Part shown: positions 8,485-17,985 of the stretch, piece after piece
Layout: each line of letters opens with the position of its first letter
How positions within the stretch are numbered: position 1 is the stretch's first letter
DNA from: a virus
Lineage: Duplodnaviria > Caudoviricetes
Direction: 5' to 3' (one strand)
Length of the DNA stretch: 59,970 nt
IMG/VR virus record: IMGVR_UViG_3300030101_003657
Location: 1-59,970 of that record
Notes under the pieces: model-generated
Databases searched by the model: none
What the model was told of the DNA's origin: nothing
The model's input: only the letters and a program-made list of their open reading frames with translations
Translations under genes and position numbers: made by a program

Positions 8485-8765
8485 ATAACGATATACTTGA
8501 TCAACAAATAAGACAAAGTCTTCAAAATATGAAAAACAATAGAGCTATAGAGGCAAGCAAGCCTGATCCAAGCTTAGCTCAAACACCAAACACTGTTCCA
8601 GATCCAAATATGAATCCAGATATAAATATGCTTTCAAATGCTACTACAAATCCATATTCAAATGGAACTGGTTCTGCTAGACCTGTTTTTGAAGAACCAA
8701 CACAAGATGCTTTAAATCAAGTTAGACAAGGTGTTGCTATGAAAAAAGTATTATTTAAAAAATGA
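8481..8765 (+). CDS. Hypothetical Pro/Asn-rich protein (start revised to ATG 8481)
   Basis: ATGA overlap with the upstream ORF. Confidence 0.6.
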   Translation: MNNDILDQQIRQSLQNMKNNRAIEASKPDPSLAQTPNTVPDPNMNPDINMLSNATTNPYSNGTGSARPVFEEPTQDALNQVRQGVAMKKVLFKK

Positions 8766-9223
8766 AAAATATAAGTGATCATGTTTCTTATAAAGAAGCT
8801 ATTAGATCTATAACAGCTAAAAGATTAGGTATTGATAACACTCCAGATGTAGAACAAATATACAACATGCAAGTATTAGCTGAAAATATATTTGAACCTC
8901 TTAGGAAGTACGTAGGAAAACCTATATGTATAAACAGCATGTTTAGATCGCCAGAACTTAACAAAGCAGTAGGCGGTAGTATGACTTCTCAGCATTGTAA
9001 AGGCCAAGCTATGGATATCGATGATAAATACGGTCATGCTACAAACGCAGAAATGTTTGAGTTTATAAAAAATAACTTAGACTTTGATCAAATGATATGG
9101 GAGTTTGGCGATGATGAAAATCCTGACTGGGTCCATGTAAGCTATATATCTAAAGAAGAAAATAGAAATAAAATATTAAAAGCGTATAAAAATAAAGGTA
9201 GAACTGCTTACAAAGTTATATAA
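8762..9223 (+). CDS. Peptidase M15 (Zn D-Ala-D-Ala peptidase family), putative endolysin
   Basis: FRSPELNKAVGG, SQHCKGQAMDI and WVHVSY motifs. Confidence 0.85.
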   Translation: MKNISDHVSYKEAIRSITAKRLGIDNTPDVEQIYNMQVLAENIFEPLRKYVGKPICINSMFRSPELNKAVGGSMTSQHCKGQAMDIDDKYGHATNAEMFEFIKNNLDFDQMIWEFGDDENPDWVHVSYISKEENRNKILKAYKNKGRTAYKVI

Positions 9224-9498
9224 TGAAAATAAACCAAAGTACAGAGCTAAATATAGATATTAAAACTATTGTAGCTATTATAATGTTTACATCTTCTATG
9301 GTAGGAATGTATTATACTTTACAATCAGATATAGATGACGCTAAAAAAATGCCAAAAGCTGTAATAGATAGAATAGAGTATGACTTGAAGCAAGAGTGGC
9401 AGACAGAACATATTGAAGAGTTAGAAGAAAAAGTAGATGAAATATTATACTGGTGTAAAGAGCTAGACAAAGAACTTCACAATAAAAAAAATAAATAA
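9223..9498 (+). CDS. Single-TM protein with a coiled coil (possibly lysis-associated)
   Basis: N-terminal hydrophobic helix, acidic coiled coil, directly after the endolysin. Confidence 0.55.
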   Translation: MKINQSTELNIDIKTIVAIIMFTSSMVGMYYTLQSDIDDAKKMPKAVIDRIEYDLKQEWQTEHIEELEEKVDEILYWCKELDKELHNKKNK

Positions 9499-9647
9499 TG
9501 GGTAAAATTAGTCCTGCTTGCAAAGCTGCAGCAAAAAAGAAATTTAAAGTTTGGCCATCAGCTTATGCTAGTGGTTGGGGTGTGAGATGTACTAAAGCGG
9601 GTGGACCAGGTAAAATGGGTTCTAAAAAAAGAAAACGTGGCAAGTAA
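9498..9647 (+). CDS. Small basic protein with WPSAYASG motif (DUF5872-like), 49 aa
   Basis: Hand-translated: MGKISPACKAAAKKKFKVWPSAYASGWGVRC... Confidence 0.6.
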   Translation: MGKISPACKAAAKKKFKVWPSAYASGWGVRCTKAGGPGKMGSKKRKRGK

Positions 9648-9915
9648 AGTAAAAGGCGGTGGAACATCAAAAGTTTGTCTACCTGCCAGTAAAGTAAGAT
9701 CAATGTCTGCGGCGGATAAAAAGAAAGTAGTATCTGCTAAAAGATCTGCAGCGTCAAAAGGTAAATATAAAAGATCTAGTAGCTCTAATGTGAAAGGCGC
9801 TAGAAAAAAAGGCGCTACACTTAGAGATTGGTTTGAAAAAGAAAACTGGATTAATGTAGCTACAGGTGAACCTTGTGGTGGAGGTGGTTCTAAAAAACGT
9901 AATAGAAAAAAATAA
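9637..9915 (+). CDS. Basic protein with DUF5872-like segments (probable GTG start at 9637)
   Basis: VCLPASKVRSMS and LRDWFEKENW...PCG segments. Confidence 0.55.
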   Translation: MASKVKGGGTSKVCLPASKVRSMSAADKKKVVSAKRSAASKGKYKRSSSSNVKGARKKGATLRDWFEKENWINVATGEPCGGGGSKKRNRKK

Positions 9916-9920
9916 AATTA

Positions 9921-10184
9921 ATGAGTAAGTTGACTAAAAAAAATTTATCTTGTAACAAGCCAAGAAGAACTCCAAACCACAAGACTAAGTCTCATATTGT
10001 TAAAGCTTGTGCAGGTGGTAAAGAGAAAATTATTAGATTTGGCCAACAAGGAGTGTCTACAGCTGGTAAAAAACAAGATAAAAAATCTAAAGCTAGAAGA
10101 GCTAGTTTCAAAGCAAGACACGCGAAGAATATTGCCAAAGGCAAAATGTCAGCTGCTTATTGGGCTAATAAAGTAAAATGGTAA
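9921..10184 (+). CDS. Basic phage protein (IRFGQQG...SFKARH...AAYWA type)
   Basis: Motif pattern common in phage and giant-virus basic proteins. Confidence 0.65.
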   Translation: MSKLTKKNLSCNKPRRTPNHKTKSHIVKACAGGKEKIIRFGQQGVSTAGKKQDKKSKARRASFKARHAKNIAKGKMSAAYWANKVKW

Positions 10185-10185
10185 A

Positions 10186-10338
10186 ATGAAATCAAAAGGT
10201 TTAGGTGACACTATAGAAAAATTTACAAGAGCAACAGGTATAAAAAGAGTTGCAGATTTAATACCAGGTGGTTGCGGTTGTGATGAACGCAAGCAGTGGT
10301 TTAATAAAAATTTTCCATACAACATGAATAAAAAATAA
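10186..10338 (+). CDS. Small protein with GLGDTIEK and CGC motifs, 50 aa
   Basis: Hand-translated; fills the gap between neighbours. Confidence 0.65.
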   Translation: MKSKGLGDTIEKFTRATGIKRVADLIPGGCGCDERKQWFNKNFPYNMNKK

Positions 10339-10342
10339 AACA

Positions 10343-10906
10343 ATGGGTTATAAAAGTCACGCACAAAGAAAAGCTGTTCACGCTTCTAAAGCTGAGCAAG
10401 GAGCTTCAATGAAAAAGTTTAAAGTACATATGATGTATAAAGACTGTAAGGAGGTTGAGGCCAAGACAATGAAAGAACATGAAAAATTAAAGAAAAAAGG
10501 CTATAGTCATAAAAAGTCAAAAAATTGCAAAACCAAAAAAGATGGCTCTAGTTTTAATCCTAAACTAAAACAAGCGGTTGCTGATGGTAAGGTAAAGGGT
10601 AAGTTTGCAGATGCAGTAATGGGAGCTTCTGTGGATGATGAGAAATTAAAAAGAGAAGTAAGAAAGTCTACTGCAGATGATGGAAGAAGAATTAAGCAAG
10701 TGTTTAAAAAAGGAGATAAATTTGCATCTAAACAAGTTACAAGAAGTGCTAAAGGCGGTAATAAAGATGGTATAAAAGTTAGGTCCGTAAATAAAATGGA
10801 TGGATCCACCGGTGAAAATATATCTCACAAAGTGGTAGCAAAAGCAAAAGGAAACAAAATAGTTAAAAAAGACGGTAAAATTGTTAAAGTTAAAAAGAAA
10901 AAATAA
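10343..10906 (+). CDS. Lys-rich basic protein with GASM, GSSF and GASV motifs
   Basis: ORF track. Confidence 0.65.
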   Translation: MGYKSHAQRKAVHASKAEQGASMKKFKVHMMYKDCKEVEAKTMKEHEKLKKKGYSHKKSKNCKTKKDGSSFNPKLKQAVADGKVKGKFADAVMGASVDDEKLKREVRKSTADDGRRIKQVFKKGDKFASKQVTRSAKGGNKDGIKVRSVNKMDGSTGENISHKVVAKAKGNKIVKKDGKIVKVKKKK

Positions 10907-10910
10907 TATT

Positions 10911-11069
10911 ATGGAAAGTATAAAAGAATATATTAATCATCCACTTTCCAAATGTATAATATCATTTTTAATAGGTGGAGGTTTACTTTTAGAAGGTCAT
11001 TTATTTTACGGAGGTGTTGGGTTTGGATATGGGTTAAGAGAATTATTTTTAGCATTTAAATCAGATTGA
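10911..11069 (+). CDS. Small Gly-rich membrane protein (start revised to ATG 10911)
   Basis: Hydrophobic segments IISFLIGGGLLL and LFYGGVGFGYGL. Confidence 0.55.
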   Translation: MESIKEYINHPLSKCIISFLIGGGLLLEGHLFYGGVGFGYGLRELFLAFKSD

Positions 11070-11528
11070 ATGGGTTATAAGTTAAAACCTAAGCCACCCT
11101 GGTACAACCCAGATGATATGAACATACCAGTATATCGTAAAGATTTAAAAGATGGTTCTGCAGGTAAATCTAATCACACTGGTATAGTAGTTGATATAGA
11201 TGTTGATGCTAAAATGGAGGAGGCGGTTATAGCTCATGAAACTGTTCACCAACATCAACAGAGAAATGGTGAGCTAGATTATGACAATGAAAACTTTTAC
11301 TGGAAAGGTAAAATATATCCAAGAAAAAACTTAAATGAACATAATAAAAATTTACCTTGGGAAGTAGATGCTTATAAAGAAAGTGATAAGATATTAGCTA
11401 ATAAAGATAAAAACATGGATAAAAAATTTAAATTAGAAGGATATAGAGGTAACAACTCACCGTTTAAAAACTTAAGTGACAAAGGGTTAATTAAAAAAGA
11501 TGAGCGAAAAGAAAAGAAAAAAGCTTAA
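11070..11528 (+). CDS. Zincin-like metallopeptidase
   Basis: IAHETVHQHQ (HExxH) with downstream LPWEVDAY third-ligand motif. Confidence 0.7.
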   Translation: MGYKLKPKPPWYNPDDMNIPVYRKDLKDGSAGKSNHTGIVVDIDVDAKMEEAVIAHETVHQHQQRNGELDYDNENFYWKGKIYPRKNLNEHNKNLPWEVDAYKESDKILANKDKNMDKKFKLEGYRGNNSPFKNLSDKGLIKKDERKEKKKA

Positions 11529-11955
11529 AGATAGCAAAATAGGTGCTTTCTTAAAAAACAAAGCACCTAAAATACTTAAAACCATTGGGGATGTGCTACC
11601 TGATAAAGGTGGTCTTGGTATAGTAAAAAATATTATATCAAGTGATTCTAGTATTGGGCCAGAAGATAAAGAAATGGCTTTAAAAATATTAGAGCAAGAA
11701 ATCGCTGAAATGGATAACATTTCAAGAAGGTGGGAAAGTGATATGAAAAGTGACTCATGGCTTAGTAAAAATACAAGACCTATGACACTTATTTTCCTAA
11801 CGTTGTCAATGACGATATTTATAGTACTAGATTCAACAGTGCTATTAGAAATTAAAACAGGTTGGGTTTCATTATTAGAAGCTTTACTTATAACAGTTTA
11901 TGTAGCATACTTTGGATCTAGAGGTGCTGAAAAGATTACAAAAATAAAAAAATAA
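11500..11955 (+). CDS. Holin-like membrane protein (GTA 3TM holin type)
   Basis: RWESDMKSDSWLSKNTRP followed by two TM helices and YFGSRG. Confidence 0.65.
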   Translation: MSEKKRKKLKDSKIGAFLKNKAPKILKTIGDVLPDKGGLGIVKNIISSDSSIGPEDKEMALKILEQEIAEMDNISRRWESDMKSDSWLSKNTRPMTLIFLTLSMTIFIVLDSTVLLEIKTGWVSLLEALLITVYVAYFGSRGAEKITKIKK

Positions 11956-11960
11956 ACAAA

Positions 11961-12884
11961 ATGAAAGGTGTACAAGGAAATCAGGCCGCTCAAGTACGAA
12001 TGTTTGCACATGACGCAATACCAGTAGCTATAGGTGCAATAAACAAAGAAAACGGCATAACAGTAGACTCTGGTGGTTATGGTTATAAAGTAGGAGATGA
12101 AGAGACTTTAACTGTAGCAAGTGGCACTGCAGCTACTATAAAAGTTACAGGTGTAGGTAAACAAGATATTATAAACGTTCAAGCACAAACTGGTCAACAG
12201 TTTTACTTAAATGGAATACAGCTTTTAACTGATAAATTAGTTTTATTAAGAGGTAAAACTTACACTTTTTACCAAAAAGCATCTTCAAACAGTACTCATA
12301 TTTTAGAGTTTAGTTCAACAGATCCTGATACTTCCCCCACTTCTTATGCTACAGGTGTAGATCCAACTGGAACACCAGGCACAACTGGAGTAATAACATT
12401 TACAGTTGCTTCTGATGCTCCTGATGATTTGTGGTATTACTGCTCTGCTCACCCTAATATGGAAGGACAAATAGAAATAAAAGATAGCGGTGATGATTTT
12501 TTTGACACTTACCCAAATAACAACGCTATAAGAACAGCTGAAATAGTTAGAGCTGCAGGCGCTAAACCTTTTGGTAAAGGATATACTATTGGAGAGCAGG
12601 TTCAAACCAGCTCAGAGTCATTTAATACTGACAGTCCGTCTGCTTTTATATTCAAAGTAGCTAGTATAGATTTATCTAGTACTATGGATAGAGGAGCTTG
12701 TTTATACGTAGCTGAAAAATTAGCAACACTAGAGTTAAAAACAGAGAGCGACGAGTATGTAACTTTTAAAAATATTCCAGCTGGAACTTTTATGCCTGTT
12801 TTAGCTAAAGAAATAAAAACAGCAACTTTAGATAGAGATGGTAATCCAACCATAGGTGACAACGACGTAATAGCACTTTACTAA
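11961..12884 (+). CDS. Virion structural protein with an internal cupredoxin-like domain
   Basis: LLRGKTYTF...STHIL...LWYYCSAHPNMEG. Confidence 0.6.
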   Translation: MKGVQGNQAAQVRMFAHDAIPVAIGAINKENGITVDSGGYGYKVGDEETLTVASGTAATIKVTGVGKQDIINVQAQTGQQFYLNGIQLLTDKLVLLRGKTYTFYQKASSNSTHILEFSSTDPDTSPTSYATGVDPTGTPGTTGVITFTVASDAPDDLWYYCSAHPNMEGQIEIKDSGDDFFDTYPNNNAIRTAEIVRAAGAKPFGKGYTIGEQVQTSSESFNTDSPSAFIFKVASIDLSSTMDRGACLYVAEKLATLELKTESDEYVTFKNIPAGTFMPVLAKEIKTATLDRDGNPTIGDNDVIALY

Positions 12885-12885
12885 A

Positions 12886-14010
12886 ATGAGTTATTTAGGC
12901 ATAGGATCACTAATACCAACGCTTAAAACTTCAAGAGAATTAGGAGTTACTTTAAACTATCCTGTTGCTAGTGCTTGTGAACAAGATAATACTGCTGTTA
13001 CTCCTAGTATTAAAGAACCTGCAGGTGGAACATTTAGTGCTCCTAGCGGGTTAACAATAGATCCTAATACTGGTGTGATAACACCTGGCAGTTCTACAGC
13101 AGGTGATTACGTTATTTCATATAATGTAAGTGGAGTAGTTGGTAATTTTGATTTTGAAATAGCAGCTAATAAAGCATCTGGTTTTAATTATGGAAATAGT
13201 AGTTTCCAACAATCTGGCTATGCTACACCAACTTTTGATTCAGGTGTTGAATCTGAGGGTACTTTCACATACAGTAGTTCTACTGGTGGAACTTTATCTA
13301 TAACTCAAAATCAAAGCAGTCCTGATAATGGTAGAATAGATTTATCTAACTCAGATATAGATACGTATAGTATTTCTTACACTAGCCCAGGTCCTTGTTC
13401 TACTACAACAACTATATCTTTAGAAATAGTCGCTGCGTATGCTTCAACTTCCTCGTTTTATTTTGATGGAGTAAATGATTATTTTGACACAACAACTTTT
13501 GCTTATGGTGCTGGAAGCGTTTCTGCAAGTATTTGGATTAAAACAAGTGCTTCTGCTTTTTATAATTTAGAATTTCCTATAATAATAAGAAGTAATTCAG
13601 GTTCGGGAACTGACATTGGAAGAACTTATGGAGCGTCTACAAATAGAGTAATTGCTATCGGTGCTAATTTAGGTTCAACAAAGCTTAATGATGGAAATTG
13701 GCATCACTTAGTTTGGACAAGAGATATCAGCACAGGAGATATGAAAGGTTATGTGGATGGAAATTCAACTCCTGAAGTAACATCAACACACACAGGAACT
13801 TTTGGTAGTATGTTTAGAATTGGAGCTTATACAAACGCAGCTGGAGCAGTAAGTTATCATTATGAAGGTTTAATAGACGAGGTTTCAATTTGGAATACAG
13901 CTTTAAGCACTGATGCAATAACAGAGATTTACAACAGTGGTTCACCAAATGATTTAACAAGTTTAACAAATGCGAGTTCAAGCAACCTTAAGGCTTGGTA
14001 TAAAATGTAA
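12886..14010 (+). CDS. Tail/fibre protein with Ig-like repeats and a LamG/ConA domain
   Basis: FDGVNDY, WHHLVWT and GLIDEVSIWNTALS motifs. Confidence 0.75.
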   Translation: MSYLGIGSLIPTLKTSRELGVTLNYPVASACEQDNTAVTPSIKEPAGGTFSAPSGLTIDPNTGVITPGSSTAGDYVISYNVSGVVGNFDFEIAANKASGFNYGNSSFQQSGYATPTFDSGVESEGTFTYSSSTGGTLSITQNQSSPDNGRIDLSNSDIDTYSISYTSPGPCSTTTTISLEIVAAYASTSSFYFDGVNDYFDTTTFAYGAGSVSASIWIKTSASAFYNLEFPIIIRSNSGSGTDIGRTYGASTNRVIAIGANLGSTKLNDGNWHHLVWTRDISTGDMKGYVDGNSTPEVTSTHTGTFGSMFRIGAYTNAAGAVSYHYEGLIDEVSIWNTALSTDAITEIYNSGSPNDLTSLTNASSSNLKAWYKM

Positions 14011-14016
14011 TTAAAT

Positions 14017-16419
14017 ATGAGTACAGAATTTTACAATCGTAACTGGAGGATGCCAAATAGCTGGAACGGATCAAATGACAACAATAATAAAGTGTCTAAT
14101 TACAGCATGAGCTTCAACGGTAATGATCAATATATTTCAGTTGGTAATCCAGCTGAATTACAATTTAATGGTTCATTTAGCATATCATGTTGGGTTAAAG
14201 TTGATAATTCTAGCAATAACGCTGTAATATCTAAAGATTCAAATGTTGGTAATGGAGCAGGTTATCATATAGATTTTAGAGATGGAAATGCTGTTCATGC
14301 TTGGGCTTACAATGCAAGTAATAAAGTAATAGCAAATGGTTTAAGTACAAATGTTTGGTATAATATTGTTTTTGTTTTTGAAAGCACAGGAGGTTCTAAT
14401 GGAAATCAAAGTTTATATATAAATGCTGAAAAAACTTCAACAAATACTATTAACAACTTCCAAGCTTCAACCGTTAGAGATTTAAGAATAGGTGGGAGTG
14501 AGGTTCTTTCAAATCATTTTGGTGGTAATATAGACCACGTTGCAATCTTTGACTACGCTCTTTCAGACGGTGGTGTTTCAGTAGGTCAAACGGCTGGCGG
14601 GCAAATATCAGACTTATACGGCAACTCTACTAATGGAGTGGGTAATCCAATGAGTTTAAACCCAAAGCCTAAAGCTTACTACCCAATAGGTGATTATGCA
14701 GCTTTTAACGGTTCTGAGTATTTAGTAAATAATGGAGCTTTGCAAGATTATAATGTATCTTTAAATCCAACAAATTCAATCACAAATCAATCTATAGGTT
14801 TAAATCAAGCTTATTCTTACCCAAATGGTTTTACAATTAGCTTTTGGTTTAAACAAAGAACTGCAACTAGTCAGACCTTTTACGATAATAGAAGTACGGA
14901 TGAATCGCAGAAAGTTTTGGTTTGGGGAAATGCTACTTATGTTGGCTTTAATGTTAATAATAGAGGTGTTTCTTCTAAAACTCCACCAAATGTCTCTATG
15001 AGTGCAAATGCTAACAAATGGACGCATGTAGCATGCGTTTATAATCCAAATGCTACATTTGTTTCTAATCGACAAGCAGCTGATTTTGGTACAATATATG
15101 TTAACGGTGTCTCTAAAGACAGCAGTAGTTGGACTTACGGTTTACCTAGAATGCTAGTGTACGGGGCTAGTACTTCTGGAGCTATAAGCCCAGCTCTTAA
15201 TTTAACAACTCAAAATGCTAGAATAGGTGCTCGTGCTTTAAACCCACTCAGTCAGGAAGTGTTAGGTCAATTATCTAATTTTGCTATATTTGACACTGCA
15301 ATGCCAGGTCTTGGAGCACAGTCAGTTGATTCATTATATAACAATGGGACTCCACCAGATTTAAGCACATATAACAATTTACAAGGTTGGTGGCCACTAA
15401 ATGCCAGTAGTACTTATAGTTCTTCTACAGGTAATTGGACTTTTCCAGATTTTAGCTCTAATTCTAATGACGGAACTTCTACAACTAATATGAATCAGTC
15501 TAATCTAGTTCAATCTGACTTAAATATAACAACTCCTTATTCAAGGTTTGCTTTAAGTTTTGATGGGCAGGATGATTATATTGATTGTACAAATGCTAGT
15601 ACTTTAAATTTTGAAAGAAATGACTCTTTTAGTGCTTCAGTGTGGGTAAATTTTAAAGTAAGCGGAGTTGCACTTCAACTTATAGGAAAACAATTAAACT
15701 CTTCTCCTTACACTGGTTGGGCAATACAACAAATAACTAATTACGCAATTAGAGTTATACTAATAAACAGTGGTAATAATAAACTTATGCTCGAAACACC
15801 CGCTAACAGCGTTTCAACTACAGGTTGGTATCATATTGCATTTACTTATGATGGAAGTTCATCTTTTAGTGGTGTTAAATTATATATTAATTCAAGTCCA
15901 ACTCCTCTAAGTTCCCAAGGTCAATCAAATATTACCGCAACTATGCAAAGTAGTGCTAACTTTTCAATTGGCGCAAGAAATAACAGTGGTATAAAATTCT
16001 CCGGTGAACTTTCAAATCCATCAGTTTGGAGTTCAACTTTAACACCTTCGCAAGTTACAGAACTTTATAATCAAGGAAAGCCAGGAAATTTAAATAATCA
16101 TTCAGCGTATTCAAACTTAGTTAGTTGGTGGCAATTAGGTGAGAATATGAGTTTTGTAGGTGGTGATCCACAAGGAGCTGGAGGCACCGAGTGGATTGTG
16201 TTAGATGAAAAAGGAAGTAACAATGGGACAGGTTCAAACTTAGGACCAGCAGAAAATGCAATAGTAAATGGAGTTGGCACAACAGCAAATGGTTTGAGTG
16301 ATGGCATGGGAGGAGCAGATAATATAATAGGGGATGCTCCATATAGTACAGCTAATGCTGCAAGTTATGGAATGGATGTTGAAGCTAGAGTATCAGGCTC
16401 TGGAAATGTACCTACTTAA
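14017..16419 (+). CDS. Multi-LamG (about 3 domains) receptor-binding/fibre protein
   Basis: Repeated FNG/FDG, FSISCWVK, WxH[IV]AxxY, GxLSN motifs. Confidence 0.8.
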   Translation: MSTEFYNRNWRMPNSWNGSNDNNNKVSNYSMSFNGNDQYISVGNPAELQFNGSFSISCWVKVDNSSNNAVISKDSNVGNGAGYHIDFRDGNAVHAWAYNASNKVIANGLSTNVWYNIVFVFESTGGSNGNQSLYINAEKTSTNTINNFQASTVRDLRIGGSEVLSNHFGGNIDHVAIFDYALSDGGVSVGQTAGGQISDLYGNSTNGVGNPMSLNPKPKAYYPIGDYAAFNGSEYLVNNGALQDYNVSLNPTNSITNQSIGLNQAYSYPNGFTISFWFKQRTATSQTFYDNRSTDESQKVLVWGNATYVGFNVNNRGVSSKTPPNVSMSANANKWTHVACVYNPNATFVSNRQAADFGTIYVNGVSKDSSSWTYGLPRMLVYGASTSGAISPALNLTTQNARIGARALNPLSQEVLGQLSNFAIFDTAMPGLGAQSVDSLYNNGTPPDLSTYNNLQGWWPLNASSTYSSSTGNWTFPDFSSNSNDGTSTTNMNQSNLVQSDLNITTPYSRFALSFDGQDDYIDCTNASTLNFERNDSFSASVWVNFKVSGVALQLIGKQLNSSPYTGWAIQQITNYAIRVILINSGNNKLMLETPANSVSTTGWYHIAFTYDGSSSFSGVKLYINSSPTPLSSQGQSNITATMQSSANFSIGARNNSGIKFSGELSNPSVWSSTLTPSQVTELYNQGKPGNLNNHSAYSNLVSWWQLGENMSFVGGDPQGAGGTEWIVLDEKGSNNGTGSNLGPAENAIVNGVGTTANGLSDGMGGADNIIGDAPYSTANAASYGMDVEARVSGSGNVPT

Positions 16420-16442
16420 AAATACTAAATAAATAAAAAAAA

Positions 16443-16685
16443 ATGAGACAATACGCAGTAATTAGTTTACAAAACACAAATAAAGTGTTATTTTCACAAG
16501 TAAATCAGTCCTCTGCTCAAACAATGAGAAGAAACTTAGCTAATACAGAAGGTTTACTTTCGTGGATAACAACACCTTCATTTATTACAGATGGTAGTTT
16601 ACCTATCGTAGGTGATATTATGAATCAAGAAGAAGCTTCAGCTTTAATGGCAACACCAGAGTGGTCACCACCAGAGCCTGAGTAA
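16443..16685 (+). CDS. Small protein following the LamG fibre gene
   Basis: ORF track. Confidence 0.65.
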   Translation: MRQYAVISLQNTNKVLFSQVNQSSAQTMRRNLANTEGLLSWITTPSFITDGSLPIVGDIMNQEEASALMATPEWSPPEPE

Positions 16686-16706
16686 ATAATAATTAAATTA
16701 AATTAA

Positions 16707-16955
16707 ATGAAAAATAAAATAAAAAAAGAACAACTAGATAGAATTAAAAAGCAACAAGCTAAATTAAACGAAGTAATACACGAGATAGGTATTTTAGAAA
16801 GTACTAAACATAGTTATCTACACCACGTAGCTGAAATAAATAAAGAAGTAGAAATATTAAAAAAAGAGCTAGAAGAAGAGTACGGTGAAGTTAATATTGA
16901 CTTAACAGACGGAAGCTATAAGCCAATAGATAAAAAAGAAAAACAAAATGTCTAG
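16707..16955 (+). CDS. Small coiled-coil protein
   Basis: Heptads ending LEEEYGEVNIDLTDGSY. Confidence 0.7.
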   Translation: MKNKIKKEQLDRIKKQQAKLNEVIHEIGILESTKHSYLHHVAEINKEVEILKKELEEEYGEVNIDLTDGSYKPIDKKEKQNV

Positions 16956-17175
16956 CATAATTAGAAAGATTAGCATAGGTTCTGATTATAAAAACGACGC
17001 TATGCATTATTCTATTGGTCAAGAAGTATATGGTGGTCACATTATATGTGATATATTAAATAATGAAAAAAGCGGAGAGTATTCTATTTATATAAAAAAA
17101 AATAACGAAGTACTTCCTTGGAAAAGATTTAATAGTCAAATGGCTATAGCTGTAGAATTTGATCTTAAATACTAA
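16948..17175 (+). CDS. Hypothetical phage protein
   Basis: ORF coupled to neighbours. Confidence 0.7.
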   Translation: MSSIIRKISIGSDYKNDAMHYSIGQEVYGGHIICDILNNEKSGEYSIYIKKNNEVLPWKRFNSQMAIAVEFDLKY

Positions 17176-17768
17176 TGAAAAGTTTATATCAGTTTTTAGT
17201 AAAGCCATATTCTAGTAGATATGATAATACTAGAGATATAGATGGCAAAGAATTAATTATAAATACAAGTATTGAAGATCATAAGTTTGTAAGCAAAAAA
17301 GCAGTTGTTGTATCTACTCCAATTGCTTTTAATACAGAGGTTAAGTGTGGTGATATAGTTTACGTTCATCATAATATTTTTAGAAGATACTATGATATGA
17401 AAGGTAAAGAAAAAAACTCATCTACCTTTTTTAAAAATGAATTATACTTTTGTAGCCTAGATCAAGTATATATGTATAATTTAAAACCACATTTAGATTA
17501 TTGTTTTGTAAAACCAATATTAAATAAATCACATCTAAGCAGTGAAAAAGAGCAAGAACATTTTGGTATACTAAAATACTCTAATAAGTCCTTAGAAGCT
17601 GTAGGATTAAAACCTGGAGAACTTGTGATATTTACACCCAACTCTGAATTTGAGTTTATTATAGAAGGCGAACGTCTTTATTGTATGAAATCTAATGATA
17701 TAGCATTAACTTATGAACACGAAGGAAACGAAAAAGAAAATAATCCAAGCTGGGCAAAAAGCAGTTGA
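17175..17768 (+). CDS. GroES-like protein, possibly tandem domains
   Basis: Two GroES-like segments: FLVKP...AVVV...VKCGDIVYV and CFVKP...LKPGELVIF...IEGERLYCM. Confidence 0.5.
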   Translation: MKSLYQFLVKPYSSRYDNTRDIDGKELIINTSIEDHKFVSKKAVVVSTPIAFNTEVKCGDIVYVHHNIFRRYYDMKGKEKNSSTFFKNELYFCSLDQVYMYNLKPHLDYCFVKPILNKSHLSSEKEQEHFGILKYSNKSLEAVGLKPGELVIFTPNSEFEFIIEGERLYCMKSNDIALTYEHEGNEKENNPSWAKSS

Positions 17769-17985
17769 CGAGTTAATAAAAGTAGCAAAAGAACCTATTG
17801 TAGATACAGGTGAAGATGTTACAGCAGATAGACTTAAAAATGCAGCTGCAACTAAAAAGTTAGCTATATTTGATGCTTTTGAAATACTAACTAGAATACA
17901 AGAAGAAGAAGATATATTAAACGAAAAACCAAAACAAGATAAAAAAGAAAGAGTATTTAAGTTTGCCGAAGGGAGGAGTAAGTGA
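17713..17985 (+). CDS. Putative terminase small subunit
   Basis: Small helical protein overlapping the start of the large terminase. Confidence 0.5.
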   Translation: MNTKETKKKIIQAGQKAVDELIKVAKEPIVDTGEDVTADRLKNAAATKKLAIFDAFEILTRIQEEEDILNEKPKQDKKERVFKFAEGRSK

